A DNA stretch of 64,000 nucleotides from Leptospiraceae bacterium (GTDB lineage Bacteria; Spirochaetota; Leptospiria; Leptospirales; Leptonemataceae), in contig JAVJNR010000003.1 in NCBI GenBank assembly GCA_040217195.1, forward strand, positions 544,001-608,000. The letters run 5' to 3'. A program made the position numbers and the translations under genes. Of the stretch, positions 19,438-29,791 are shown one piece after another; within the stretch, counting starts at the first letter, position 1, and each line of letters opens with the position of its first letter. The notes under the pieces were generated by a model, which had not been told where the DNA came from, did not search any database, and saw only the letters and a list, made by a program, of their open reading frames with translations.

Positions 19438-21432
19438 ATGTGGAAAAGGTTGCCCTACAATTTCAGATTGGTGCTAACATACATTGGAATTAGCCTGGGT
19501 CTGTTTCTGGCTTACCGGATCTTATTTTTCGTCATCTATTCCTACCGCTCGGGCGACAGCCCCTGGACCGATATTCTTTGGGCCTTCTTGCTTGGATTTC
19601 GTTTCGATATTTCCACAGTTTGCATCATCATGGGTCCATTCATCCTTCTGGGGATGATTCATTATCTTAACCGGTTTTCTCTGTACAGACTATTGTGGGT
19701 TTATCTGCCTCCTTTCGTTCTCTTTTTTCAAGTTATCATTCTGGTAGCAGATATTATCTACTTTGAGAATGCGAATAAACATATAGGATACGAAGCCTAT
19801 GCCTTCCTTGGGACCGAGCTCTTCGTAATACTCGGTGCCGCTTTGCAAAATGCGCCGTTCACCGTAATCGGTGGACTGGTATTAACGAGTGGCTTTGTTG
19901 CACTGGTAATATGGTTATTGCAACGAATCCCCTACAATCATGATCAACGAGGCTGGAAGCATCCTGCTGCATCTGTATTTCTGGCCATTGTCCTAATTGT
20001 CGTTGGAATCCGGGGCGGAGTGCAGACCAATCCTTTACGAGTCACGGATGCAGTTTTCACCAGGAATCATTTTGTAAACCTTCTGGCAGTGAACGGCGTT
20101 TACACCGCTATCGTAGATCTAAAAAGCACCTCTATTCCAGAAAGGCATAAGATGGAAGTGGATGTGGCCATAGATGTAGTTCGTCAGGCCATCGATTATC
20201 CAGGGGCTACCTTCGTAAGCGATGAGTATCCCCTTCTTCGCAAGCTAGAGGGCTCCCGCCAGGGACGGCCGCCCAATATCATGATAGTCATACTGGAAGG
20301 CTGGACTGGAAAGTTCATCTCCCCGATTACAGATGGAAAAGTGGATGGAAAATCCGTAACCCCGCACTTCAATGAATTACTAAAAGAAGGTCTATTCTTT
20401 ACCCATTTCTATGCCCCGGGAGGACGCACCACAAATGGATTGATGGCTCTCGCAGGTGGTGTACCTGACAGACCAGGACTTACGGCCGTTCGAACGCCTC
20501 AAATCACAAATCGATTTTCAGGATTGGGCACAGTGGCTCAAAGTCTGGGTTATAAAACCTACTTCGTTTCCGGCAATGACCTGGATTTCAATAACAAACG
20601 AACTATCATGGGTCACTGGGGGTTCTCCACTTTGATTGGAAAGGAGGAGATTGAGAAATTGGGCCTGAAACAGGGTACCGGCGGATGGGGATTCAGCGAT
20701 CGCAGGATACTGAAGATCATGCACGATGAGGTTTCGAAGTTACCGTCAGATCAGCCATTTCTGGCCACGGTACATACAGTGACCACGCACTATCCCTATC
20801 ATACTCCTGAAGAAAGGTTTAACATTTTTGATGAATCTGTGCAGGACCACGAGTATCTGAATGTTTACCACTATGCGGACTGGGCTATTCATGAATTTAT
20901 TGAAGAAGCCAAAAAGGCTCCTTACTTCAAAGATACAGTCTTCGTTTTTGTATCAGACCACAGCCACCATCGCTTTCTATCCTATTACGAAGATCGCAAT
21001 GTTCCACTATTAATCTATGCTCCCGGAAGAATCCAGCCTGGAATTCGCAGTGATATCGTTTCGCAGCTAGATGTTTTTCCCACGGTTCTGGGCTTCATTG
21101 GTAAGGAGACCTATTTTACTTCCTTTGGGAGGGATTTGATGAAATCCGAAGGGGGCTCCGCTTATTTTGCGTATGGTAATCTATTCGGCTGGATCCAGGA
21201 ACCACTGTTTTATGTTCAGTCCGTAGAAGGGGGACCAGGCACAGTCTATACAATTCATCCTCCCCATGAAAGCGAAGGTCCCTGCAATGTGGTAGAGGAA
21301 AGTCTTGGAAGCCACTGCCCGACTCATTACCTGAAAAGTCGTGCATTCTTGAATCTAAGTTATTTCCTTCTGGATCAGAATAGAATTTTTCCATCGCCAG
21401 AGGAATTGAAAGCAATCAGGCAATCTCCCTGA
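19438..21432 (+). CDS. LTA synthase / phosphoglycerol transferase (sulfatase-like) family membrane protein
   Basis: Five N-terminal TMs, IRGG, PNIMIVILEG, catalytic-Thr region GRTTNG, TTHYPY, SDH and SQLDVFPT motifs. Confidence 0.9.
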   Translation: MWKRLPYNFRLVLTYIGISLGLFLAYRILFFVIYSYRSGDSPWTDILWAFLLGFRFDISTVCIIMGPFILLGMIHYLNRFSLYRLLWVYLPPFVLFFQVIILVADIIYFENANKHIGYEAYAFLGTELFVILGAALQNAPFTVIGGLVLTSGFVALVIWLLQRIPYNHDQRGWKHPAASVFLAIVLIVVGIRGGVQTNPLRVTDAVFTRNHFVNLLAVNGVYTAIVDLKSTSIPERHKMEVDVAIDVVRQAIDYPGATFVSDEYPLLRKLEGSRQGRPPNIMIVILEGWTGKFISPITDGKVDGKSVTPHFNELLKEGLFFTHFYAPGGRTTNGLMALAGGVPDRPGLTAVRTPQITNRFSGLGTVAQSLGYKTYFVSGNDLDFNNKRTIMGHWGFSTLIGKEEIEKLGLKQGTGGWGFSDRRILKIMHDEVSKLPSDQPFLATVHTVTTHYPYHTPEERFNIFDESVQDHEYLNVYHYADWAIHEFIEEAKKAPYFKDTVFVFVSDHSHHRFLSYYEDRNVPLLIYAPGRIQPGIRSDIVSQLDVFPTVLGFIGKETYFTSFGRDLMKSEGGSAYFAYGNLFGWIQEPLFYVQSVEGGPGTVYTIHPPHESEGPCNVVEESLGSHCPTHYLKSRAFLNLSYFLLDQNRIFPSPEELKAIRQSP

Positions 21433-21472
21433 GCGCTGGTAGCAGCAGGCTACCAGAAAGAGGATCTTCGCT

Positions 21473-21712
21473 TCAGCTGAGCTCCTGACTTTCTTTCATC
21501 ATTTGCATGGCATCGTCCAGAGGTAGATGATGTAGACTGCGGGCCTGGGATAGATGCCTGGAGCAGAAGAAACCCATGCCCAATGGATTTCCTACGGCGC
21601 CACCCGGAACCGGCCTGAAGTCCGAAAACTGAACCAGGGCACCGCCTGCTTCCATTCCATCCCACTGCGCCCTAAAGTCATGCCCGCAGAGTATGCAAAT
21701 GGGAGGCTTCAT
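21473..21712 (-). CDS. Small Cys/His (zinc-ribbon-like) hypothetical protein
   Basis: MKPPICILC...FFCSRH gives CxxC plus CxxH ligands; 79 aa. Confidence 0.6.
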   Translation of the reverse strand: MKPPICILCGHDFRAQWDGMEAGGALVQFSDFRPVPGGAVGNPLGMGFFCSRHLSQARSLHHLPLDDAMQMMKESQELS

Positions 21713-21934
21713 GGCTGTTTAGACGAATATCCATCCGGATGAAGTTTTCTTTTTTCTGCTCCGGGCCCAAAACAAATCCGATTCTTCAGTAAATAGTATT
21801 CCAGCATCCTCGGGGCGATTCCAGGATGCTTCGAATAGGACCGTTGACAGACCAGGCCCCGTTGAGATAGACTTCCACCTGGCGCAATGGAAGGGATTGG
21901 GATGTCCCGGGTTTGCTGCGGCAAAGGACTTAGA

Positions 21935-23254
21935 TCAAGCTGCTACAGGACTTTCTTCGGAATCGCCATCTCCATCCGTGAACGCTCGACGCAGTAAGGT
22001 CAGATACGTTAGAGAGATAGCACTGTATCCTACAATGTAGAGCAACAGACTTACTTCCAGATAACCGTTTAGATGGGTCATAAAGGCCACTAGTGGCAGA
22101 AGCACCAGACGCAACATCTCAGCCGGAAAGACCCAGGATTTACTATCCAGGATACCACCCACAACTGTTAGGCCATACACCGTAAATCCGATTAGAATTA
22201 GGAGTCTGAAGATTCCAAAAGCCGAGTCATGGGCCAGAGAATAAGCTAGAAGACCAGAACCGGAAAGAGCTATAAATTGAAATATACCGTAAACTTTAAC
22301 TCTCCGAGGCAGCGGAGGATCGTAGTCCGGTCGATCCGGATCCGAATATACAATTTCGCTGCTTCCAAGATCTTCAGGCTTCCAGCCAGGTTTGGCAAAC
22401 CAGACTTTGATCTTATTCTTCCAGGATTTTGTAGCAAGGGTTTGTTGCCATAGCTCCGTGTAATAATGAAAGGTCATCCACAATGGATTAAAACTGGTGA
22501 GTTGATTTGTGATTCCGTAATTGATTTTCTCTCGTTCCGGTTCGTAGGTGCCAAACATCCGATCCCAGATAATGAAAATCCCGCCATGATTCTTATCTAT
22601 ATACTGTGGATTCCTTCCATGATGAACTCGGTGATTGGAAGGAGTGACCATGAAGTATTCCAGAAAACCCAGCTCCGGTACGGCTGCAGTATGAACCCAG
22701 AACTGATAAAGTTTCAAAACCCTGTGAGCAAATAGAAACATGAACCAGTTCACGCCAAGGAATGCCAACGGCAGAAAAAATGCGTATTCGAATATTCTCT
22801 GGAAGCTACCACCTCGAAAGGAAACTGCAAGATTGAATTGTTCACTGGAATGATGGGTTACATGGGAACCCCAGAGGAAATTAACTTCATGGGACAGTCT
22901 ATGAAACCAGTAATAGAGACAGTCCACAGCCAGAAATACAACCACCCAGTAGAGAAATGGAATGGCATTGATTTGCACAAACGGAAAGGTAGATTCAAAT
23001 ATCAGTGGATCGTCAAATGGAATGGATTCCCAGCCAAACAGCGAGAAAATTGAAATATTACGCTCGATCCAGTCGTAAATGATCAATGCGCCAAAGAGAG
23101 TGGGAACTCCAACCAGCATGAACATGATACCGGTACTTATTCCAGCCACAGTATCGTTTACCCTGTAATAGGGACGATGCTGTATCCAACCCAGGATTAC
23201 CTCCAGGAAAATCAGTCCCACGATAATGGGAAATGCGATTTCCATCATGTTCAT
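21935..23254 (-). CDS. Sterol desaturase / fatty acid hydroxylase family (alkylglycerol monooxygenase-like)
   Basis: His boxes HRLSH, HVTHH, WVH and HRVHH; YIDKNHGGIFIIWDRMFGT; AGMO-like C-terminal TM extension (PGWKP). Confidence 0.9.
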   Translation of the reverse strand: MNMMEIAFPIIVGLIFLEVILGWIQHRPYYRVNDTVAGISTGIMFMLVGVPTLFGALIIYDWIERNISIFSLFGWESIPFDDPLIFESTFPFVQINAIPFLYWVVVFLAVDCLYYWFHRLSHEVNFLWGSHVTHHSSEQFNLAVSFRGGSFQRIFEYAFFLPLAFLGVNWFMFLFAHRVLKLYQFWVHTAAVPELGFLEYFMVTPSNHRVHHGRNPQYIDKNHGGIFIIWDRMFGTYEPEREKINYGITNQLTSFNPLWMTFHYYTELWQQTLATKSWKNKIKVWFAKPGWKPEDLGSSEIVYSDPDRPDYDPPLPRRVKVYGIFQFIALSGSGLLAYSLAHDSAFGIFRLLILIGFTVYGLTVVGGILDSKSWVFPAEMLRLVLLPLVAFMTHLNGYLEVSLLLYIVGYSAISLTYLTLLRRAFTDGDGDSEESPVAA

Positions 23255-23479
23255 AGCTGCACCAGACCTGTATGTCGAAATTCGAGAGCAGGGGTATGGC
23301 TACAATTAGAAAACCGCACTCTTTTCTGGCCAGTAAAAGTAATTACGCAGAGTACTGTAAAATCAGGATAACCTACCAGTCCTATAAGAAACATGGACTA
23401 AGATCGCATCCAATACATGGTGATGCTTTGCGAACCGGAAAATTGCCGAATTTTCAGATGCTTTGTTGAGCTACGGTCT

Positions 23480-24472
23480 TTATATGAGCCCCAGCTCCAC
23501 CACCCTGGATTCTATCAGTTCCCTTTCAGTATTGTCCAATGACAGTTCCAGAGCTCCTGCATTTTCCTGAATCTGATCGGGTTTACGTGCACCGGCAAGT
23601 ACCGTGGCAATCTGGGGGCGATCCATAGTCCATCGAAGTACTACCTGAGCAATTGTAGCATTCTTTCCGTCCGCGATCTCTCCCAATGTCTTTAGCAGTT
23701 CTTGAAGCTTATGCATATTTTCTGACTGCATCCATCGCGAACCGGATCGTGTATCACCGGCATTGAAGGCGGAGCCGGAATGAAATTTCCCGGTTAGAAA
23801 GCCTCGCTCCATGGGACTGTAAGGAAGTATGCTCATTCCAGACTCCTTCGCCACAGGCAGGACATCGGCTTCCATTTCCCGGGAAACGATGCTATACCGA
23901 ATCTGATTGCTTGCCAGTTCAATTGTCTTCAGTGCTTCTTTCATTTGATCGGCGGAATAATTGCATACACCGGCGGCTCGAATCTTTCCCTGTTCTCTGA
24001 GCTTTTCAAAGGCTTCCATGGTTTCCTGAATAGGCGTAGTGGCATCCGGCCAGTGAAGCTGAAATAAATCGATGTAATCGGTCTTCAATCGGCGAAGACT
24101 GTCTTCGCATTCCTGAATGACCCTGTGCTTACCAGCAAATTTATGCATTCGAATGGGTCGTCCGGATTCATCGTTTGTGTCGAAGAAATACTCCCCCTCT
24201 TCTGTTTCCCAGTTCATCCCACATTTTGTAAGCAGTTGATAGCTATCACGGGGCACCTGGGCAAGAGCCTTTCCAACGATTTCTTCGCTTCTTCCGAAGC
24301 CATACACGGGCGCTGTATCGATCGTAGTAACCCCCAGTTCCAGGGACTTCTTAATGGCTGCCACGGCATCTGTCTCTTCTGCACCACCCCACATCCAGCC
24401 ACCTATGGCCCAGGCTCCAAAAGTAAGTGGAGTTACATGCACGTTCGATTTGCCGATCTTCTTCATATCCAT
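23480..24472 (-). CDS. Aldo/keto reductase
   Basis: GAWAIGG, IDTAPVYG, SLRRLKTDYIDLFQLHWPD, GKIRAAGVCN and YSPMERG motifs. Confidence 0.95.
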   Translation of the reverse strand: MDMKKIGKSNVHVTPLTFGAWAIGGWMWGGAEETDAVAAIKKSLELGVTTIDTAPVYGFGRSEEIVGKALAQVPRDSYQLLTKCGMNWETEEGEYFFDTNDESGRPIRMHKFAGKHRVIQECEDSLRRLKTDYIDLFQLHWPDATTPIQETMEAFEKLREQGKIRAAGVCNYSADQMKEALKTIELASNQIRYSIVSREMEADVLPVAKESGMSILPYSPMERGFLTGKFHSGSAFNAGDTRSGSRWMQSENMHKLQELLKTLGEIADGKNATIAQVVLRWTMDRPQIATVLAGARKPDQIQENAGALELSLDNTERELIESRVVELGLI

Positions 24473-24622
24473 GGGATCAGTTTAGCTCAGAATAGAAGCT
24501 CTGTCCAGCCCTTGACAGACTGAAAACTGCGAAAAGCAGCTTGCAGTAGGTGCGTCATTTTCAAGCACATGAAGAGACTTAGTACTTCTGCACATTGGGA
24601 TTCCTTTCATTTTAAAGATAAT

Positions 24623-25702
24623 TTACAAAAATTCCTTGCCCGTTCCCGGAAGATCCTGGCCAGACGCCGCCTCCCAGTTCTTGCGAAATCTTTGTTGACC
24701 TGGTCTCTTTAGAGGAGAGGAAACGCTCAGCGATTCCCAGACTGAGTCCACCGGCTCCAGTGGATTTTGCATCCATTCAACAACACTGGCCCTGGGAAAA
24801 AAAGCTGACTCAGTTGTTAACTGTCGCTTGCCTTTTGCGCCGCGATTATAGGGGCATACTTCCTGGCAAATATCGCAGCCAAATACCCAGCCGCTCACTT
24901 TTGATGCGATTTCTTCTGGCATCTCAGTTTTTGCTTCAATGGTCCAGTAAGATAAACATAGATCTGCCTGGATCTTATATGGCTGCAGCGCTCCAGTGGG
25001 ACAGGCATCCAGACATTGACGGCAACTACCGCAACGATCGAAATTTGCAGGACGAAACAAGGAATCTTCCGAGGTTTCCCAGGCTTTCGCATTCGATAAC
25101 TTGCTGACTCCTGTGCCAGTAGAATCGGAAGGCTCCAGATCTGCATTCAGAAAGACAGCAGTTAGAAAGAAATAGGATCCCTTTTCCGGATGAATCAGAT
25201 TTGTGTTCTTTCCCTGCCAGCCCAGACCTGCATTTCGGGCCAGTATCTTTTCCGGTACAGGGGCTGAATCTGTGGTTACTCTATACTTTAGTTCCGGGAC
25301 TTGCTGCTTATGCTCTTTAAAAAACCGGTCTGCCAGTCGAGCGGCTTTCTTTCGCAATACCAGATGATAGTCCTTGCCTGCAGCGTATCGGGAAATCTTT
25401 GCTTTTGCATCCTGCATGGCTGAATCCATTGCAGGATGTCTGTAGATACTTCCAAGCACTAGCACAGAAATAGCTCCTGGCAAAATATCTGAAGGATGTA
25501 GTCTTAAACCCAGATGCGCATTAAACCAGTGAAGGTCGTTTTTCTGGTTCTCTGCAGCGAATCCAGAGAGATTGGCACGGTCTTTCTCATCGATGGTTGC
25601 ATAGGTGAATCCGAATAGATCAAAGCCCGCTTCCTGACTCAATTGCAGAAAGCGGGCTTGCTGGGATTCGCTCAGAACAGGGTTGCGCGAAGTATGGTGC
25701 AT
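24623..25702 (-). CDS. queG: tRNA epoxyqueuosine(34) reductase
   Basis: ISRYA.GKDYH, DSAPVPEK, AGLGWQGKN, CGSCRQCLDACPTGA and FGCDICQEVCPYN motifs. Confidence 0.95.
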   Translation of the reverse strand: MHHTSRNPVLSESQQARFLQLSQEAGFDLFGFTYATIDEKDRANLSGFAAENQKNDLHWFNAHLGLRLHPSDILPGAISVLVLGSIYRHPAMDSAMQDAKAKISRYAAGKDYHLVLRKKAARLADRFFKEHKQQVPELKYRVTTDSAPVPEKILARNAGLGWQGKNTNLIHPEKGSYFFLTAVFLNADLEPSDSTGTGVSKLSNAKAWETSEDSLFRPANFDRCGSCRQCLDACPTGALQPYKIQADLCLSYWTIEAKTEMPEEIASKVSGWVFGCDICQEVCPYNRGAKGKRQLTTESAFFPRASVVEWMQNPLEPVDSVWESLSVSSPLKRPGQQRFRKNWEAASGQDLPGTGKEFL

Positions 25703-25720
25703 GGCGCATCCCGTGCAAAA

Positions 25721-26134
25721 TCAATCGCAAGCGATAACTATATCTCCAGCAGCCTTAACTTCGCCGTTTTGATCGGCGGCCTGCACAGAAACGGTCATCA
25801 GTTTTTCTTCTTCTTTGATCTTTTTAACCTTTCCAGAGCATGTGATTGCCTGGCCAGGTTTGGTCATCGCTTTGAATTTTACTCCAAAGGATTTCAATTG
25901 CGCTGGAGTGACCCAGTTGGTGACGCAACGGCCCATCAGTGCCATAACATACATTCCATGAGCGATGGTTCCGCCCAGTCCCACCTTTTCCGCAAATACC
26001 GGGTCTGTGTGGATTGGATTGAAGTCACCGCTGGCGCCTGCATAACGCACCAGATCCATGTGATGGATGGCTTCTGTTTTTAGCTCGGGGATTTCATCTC
26101 CCTGCTTGTAGTCGCTTAGTTTGATTCGATTCAT
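25721..26134 (-). CDS. MaoC/hot-dog (R)-specific dehydratase, catalytic subunit (HadB-like)
   Basis: YAGASGDFNPIH hydratase motif and IAHGM. AAGGAG RBS before ATG 26134. Confidence 0.9.
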   Translation of the reverse strand: MNRIKLSDYKQGDEIPELKTEAIHHMDLVRYAGASGDFNPIHTDPVFAEKVGLGGTIAHGMYVMALMGRCVTNWVTPAQLKSFGVKFKAMTKPGQAITCSGKVKKIKEEEKLMTVSVQAADQNGEVKAAGDIVIACD

Positions 26135-26249
26135 ATTATTGCTCCTTTCACTTTCCGTCGAATTTCTGCCCGCTCGATGCATTGGGACGTGTTGCCATTA
26201 CGGCACTTCCTGAGAATCTGCATCGTTTGTCCGAGGGGCGAATTCTGGA

Positions 26250-26696
26250 TTAGCTATCCTCCGGTCGAATGACGATGGCCATCTCCGCTTCCAGCAGAGC
26301 TTCACCGGATTTGTTGGCGTATGTAGTCTTGAACGTAACCATATCCATTTTTCCGGTCTTTACATCGATTATTTCGCCCTGAGCGTGGATCTCGGTTCCA
26401 GGATAAATAGGTTTGAGATAACTGTACTCTTCTTTCATATGTAGCAGACGCTGAACATCGATGCCCATCTTGCCCATATCGTCGAATATTTCCGGATAGC
26501 CCCAGAATTGGAATGCGGTCTGGAAGGTAGGAGGAATGGGAGTGTCCTCAAAGCCTGCTTCTCTGGCTTTTGCTTGATCCAGAAATACTGGATTGGTCTC
26601 TCCGATTGCTCTACAAAATTCCTTTACCTTGCCCCGCTCCACGGTGAATGTATAGGGATTTAATTTCTTACCTACAAGGTCTTTACTTACTGCCAT
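26250..26696 (-). CDS. MaoC dehydratase N-terminal-type hot-dog protein (HadA/HadC-like)
   Basis: [18 protein letters not shown]...PPTF...LLH.EEY motifs of the non-catalytic partner family. Confidence 0.88.
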   Translation of the reverse strand: MAVSKDLVGKKLNPYTFTVERGKVKEFCRAIGETNPVFLDQAKAREAGFEDTPIPPTFQTAFQFWGYPEIFDDMGKMGIDVQRLLHMKEEYSYLKPIYPGTEIHAQGEIIDVKTGKMDMVTFKTTYANKSGEALLEAEMAIVIRPEDS

Positions 26697-26742
26697 AGTA
26701 AACAAAGCTCATCCCTTTGACATCGGAGTCAACAAAAGAAGC

Positions 26743-27255
26743 ATGGAAAAGGAAAGCCTGGAATTGAGAAGAAAATGGGTCTTCCATGCAGAATCCAGCC
26801 GTTTGCATCTGATCAAGAAACCCCTGGAATCTTCAGAACATGTATTTCTCAAGGCTTTTCTGTGGGCCCTGTACCTGCCTGCCTATCCGCAACTGATGGT
26901 GGAAAAATCCATTGGAGATAGATACAAACCGGATGCGGTGGCTCTGGACCGTGACCGGGCCCGTCCGGTGTTCTGGGCAGAAGCCGGTCAGGTAAAACCG
27001 CAGAAGGTGCTGTCCATTCTCCGACGCTTCGAATCATTACACTTCGTAATAGCCCGATGGGGCTTTCGCAAGGAGCCGCTTATAGAACTTCTTAAAAAGC
27101 GGCTACAAAACGATGCCCGGGCATCCAAAAACCAGGGAACCCTGGAGCTACTGCAAATAAGCGATTCTGCTCACCTGAATTGCATCCAGGACGGCCGAAT
27201 CCATCTCAACCAGGAGCATTATCGCATTTTTTCCATTTGGCCGGAGCCCAACTAG
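26743..27255 (+). CDS. Hypothetical protein, possible YaeQ-like PD-(D/E)xK fold
   Basis: ESSEHV.LKA, YKPDAVALD and FWAEAG motifs. Confidence 0.6.
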   Translation: MEKESLELRRKWVFHAESSRLHLIKKPLESSEHVFLKAFLWALYLPAYPQLMVEKSIGDRYKPDAVALDRDRARPVFWAEAGQVKPQKVLSILRRFESLHFVIARWGFRKEPLIELLKKRLQNDARASKNQGTLELLQISDSAHLNCIQDGRIHLNQEHYRIFSIWPEPN

Positions 27256-27429
27256 TGGCTGCCTTCTTTTTGCCTGACCGGGTAACAGCAAAATGGCATT
27301 TAGAGCAACCAGGCCTTTGTCGGGGACAAACCTTGAACGATTAATCCAGGACATCGCTGAGCCCTGACAACTGCACCAAACAGAACCGAAACGGTTGACC
27401 TGGATGGCCCTCCTTACGAGTGTTTCCAG

Positions 27430-27666
27430 GTGCGACCTATATTAACGATTCTATTTCTTTGCCTGCTTATGCAATGCTCTTCGAGCAATAATCAAAGTTC
27501 CTCTGAATGCATGGCAGAACGAAACCAATGCATGCGAAATTGCAGTTCCCTTAGTTCCAGAAACATCAATCCTGATTTAAATCGGAACCAACCCCATGCG
27601 CAACCTCAGCAACAGTGGAACCGGCAAAACTGCGAAAGCGCCTGTATGTCCCGGTCCTGCTACTAA
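27430..27666 (+). CDS. Small cysteine-rich lipoprotein
   Basis: Hydrophobic signal ending LMQC; six further Cys in two clusters. Confidence 0.6.
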   Translation: MRPILTILFLCLLMQCSSSNNQSSSECMAERNQCMRNCSSLSSRNINPDLNRNQPHAQPQQQWNRQNCESACMSRSCY

Positions 27667-27883
27667 TCAGTTGCATTTCTCCGGCTTTAGCTCAAGTCGG
27701 AGAAATCCGGTCAGTACTGAGATCCTGCGAAAAGAAAAATCGGAATTCTGCATTCCTCCCGTCAAAAAAGATGAACCCTGGACCATACCTCATTGCTCAT
27801 GGATTTTCAAATAATGAACCCTGCCCTGGAAAAACTCCGTCCAAGAATGGTGCGAATCCGAAAATCCCAGGCCGGATACTGCT

Positions 27884-29731
27884 ATGAAACAAATTAGAAC
27901 CAATATTCCATTCATCCCTTTACTGGTACTGCTATTTCTTTTATTTCAAACTCCAGCTTTGGCGGCTCCTGTTACTCCAGACAAGCTGGATGAGCTTTAC
28001 GAAGATCTTGCGGATGCAGATATTCAGCCCGCCCCGGGTGGAATCATTCTTCGCCGACTATCGCTTCATCTGAGGGGAACAATTCCTTCTATTCAGGAAC
28101 TGGAAAGCTATGGAACCGGAGATGAGCAACTGGCACGTATGAACTACGCTGTGGCCTTTCTAAGGAGTCCGGAGTATGCCCAGTACTGGGGCACTTACTT
28201 TGGCTCTCTGTTCCGGGAGCAGACCGAGGGAAGGGATCTAAAGTACGCAAGCTTTTACGAATATCTAAGTCAATCCATACACCAGAATAAACCATACGAT
28301 GTTCTGGTTACTGAGATGCTAACAGCCACAGGTTCACCTGAAACGAATCCTGCGGTGAATTTTCTGGTACGGGATGGCGGCGATCCTCTTCAATTGGCAG
28401 AATACACAGGTAGACTATTCCATGGTAAGCGTCTGGAATGTGCAAGGTGCCACGATCATCCGTTCTACAAAGGATATACGAAGCGAGATTATTATGGTCT
28501 TGCCGCTTTTTTCTCCCAGCAATATACTACATCCGAATACGATGCAAAATTCCAGAGCATTACCGGGCTAAAATATGTTCCCAGAAATGAAATTGAAAAC
28601 CTGCCCACCGAGGAACAGAAACAATACAACAATGCCTGGCAGAAATTCTACAGGGATTACTGGAACAAGTTAAACAAACAGCAAAAACAGGCTCATCGCA
28701 ATGGAACCAAACTGAATTTTGATGTAGTTTTTCGTGTTCCAGAAATGGGGCTTCGCTTTCCCATTAGTGACGATGAGCCCGGCGGAGATCTGGTTCAGCC
28801 TGTGTATCCAGACGGCACCGAAGCAAAGCTTCAAGATGGAGTGGATCGTAGAACGATTCTGGCTCAATGGTTTGCGGACAGAAAAAATGATCGGTTTCGC
28901 AAGGTGATGATCAACCGTATCTGGACCCGGCTCATGGGATGGAGCTTTTTCACTCCTCTGGATGACTGGAACGATGATACAGATATGCAGGGAGAAGAAA
29001 TTCTGAATCATCTGGATCAGGTTTTTGTTCAGCAGAATTATAGAATTAAAGACCTGGTCCTCTATATTGTTAGTTCTAGGGCCTATGCTCGATCTATGCC
29101 ACAGCAGTCATCGCCGGAGGCAAATTCTTCCATAAGATATTTTCAGGCACAGAGGATGGATCCGGACCAATTGATGAATTCTTTGATCAAAGGTTCTTTT
29201 GCCATGACCGTTTCTGACATCCGGGAACGAAAGATTCAGCTAAGTGTGAACAAACCGGATCTATCAAGTATTAATCTACGAGGGCTGGGAGCCATTAAGT
29301 CGCCCAAACAGAATCAAAGAGATTTCTCCAGCGCCGCCGAGGTTGAAAGACCGGTGCGATACAATTCCTTCCTCGCTGTATTCGGCGCTGGCCCCAGAAT
29401 TGACATAGCAGACGATGAGATGGCCCCTACAATCGAGCAGGTACTCACACTACTGAACGGTCGACTTACGAATCGCCTGGCCCAGAACTTTGCACGCAAA
29501 GGATCCTACATCCATCAGTACTACCAGAAGGAAGGAAGCATCGAGCAGGCCTCCAATGCCATCTTCCAGAGTCTGCTTTCCAGAAATATGAGCCCATCTG
29601 AGTGGCAAAAGATTCAATCCGTAACATCATCCGATTTATCTGGAAACAAGAAGGATCGATTCAATCAAGAAGCTCTGCAGGATCTGATCTGGAGCATCTT
29701 CAATAGTCAGGAGTTTATTCATATCAACTGA
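27884..29731 (+). CDS. DUF1549/DUF1553 (PSD1-type) exported protein
   Basis: RRLSLHLRGTIPS, NKPYD, LECARCHDHP, YYGLAAFF, INRIW.RLMG and DLIWSIFNSQEF motifs; signal peptide. Confidence 0.9.
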   Translation: MKQIRTNIPFIPLLVLLFLLFQTPALAAPVTPDKLDELYEDLADADIQPAPGGIILRRLSLHLRGTIPSIQELESYGTGDEQLARMNYAVAFLRSPEYAQYWGTYFGSLFREQTEGRDLKYASFYEYLSQSIHQNKPYDVLVTEMLTATGSPETNPAVNFLVRDGGDPLQLAEYTGRLFHGKRLECARCHDHPFYKGYTKRDYYGLAAFFSQQYTTSEYDAKFQSITGLKYVPRNEIENLPTEEQKQYNNAWQKFYRDYWNKLNKQQKQAHRNGTKLNFDVVFRVPEMGLRFPISDDEPGGDLVQPVYPDGTEAKLQDGVDRRTILAQWFADRKNDRFRKVMINRIWTRLMGWSFFTPLDDWNDDTDMQGEEILNHLDQVFVQQNYRIKDLVLYIVSSRAYARSMPQQSSPEANSSIRYFQAQRMDPDQLMNSLIKGSFAMTVSDIRERKIQLSVNKPDLSSINLRGLGAIKSPKQNQRDFSSAAEVERPVRYNSFLAVFGAGPRIDIADDEMAPTIEQVLTLLNGRLTNRLAQNFARKGSYIHQYYQKEGSIEQASNAIFQSLLSRNMSPSEWQKIQSVTSSDLSGNKKDRFNQEALQDLIWSIFNSQEFIHIN

Positions 29732-29791
29732 ACTCTAAATTCACAGCAATATTTCCAGAATGATTGAATTGCCCCACAGTGGAGAATTACG

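Noticed and set aside
26717..26732. TTGAC-N6-GTCAA palindrome as divergent promoters or an operator
   Set aside because: No convincing -10 element at the correct spacing on either strand; arms are too short to call.
27596..27887. Short ORFs between the lipoprotein and DUF1549 genes (likewise 21709-21924)
   Set aside because: Overlap neighbours and have no recognisable features; probably non-coding.
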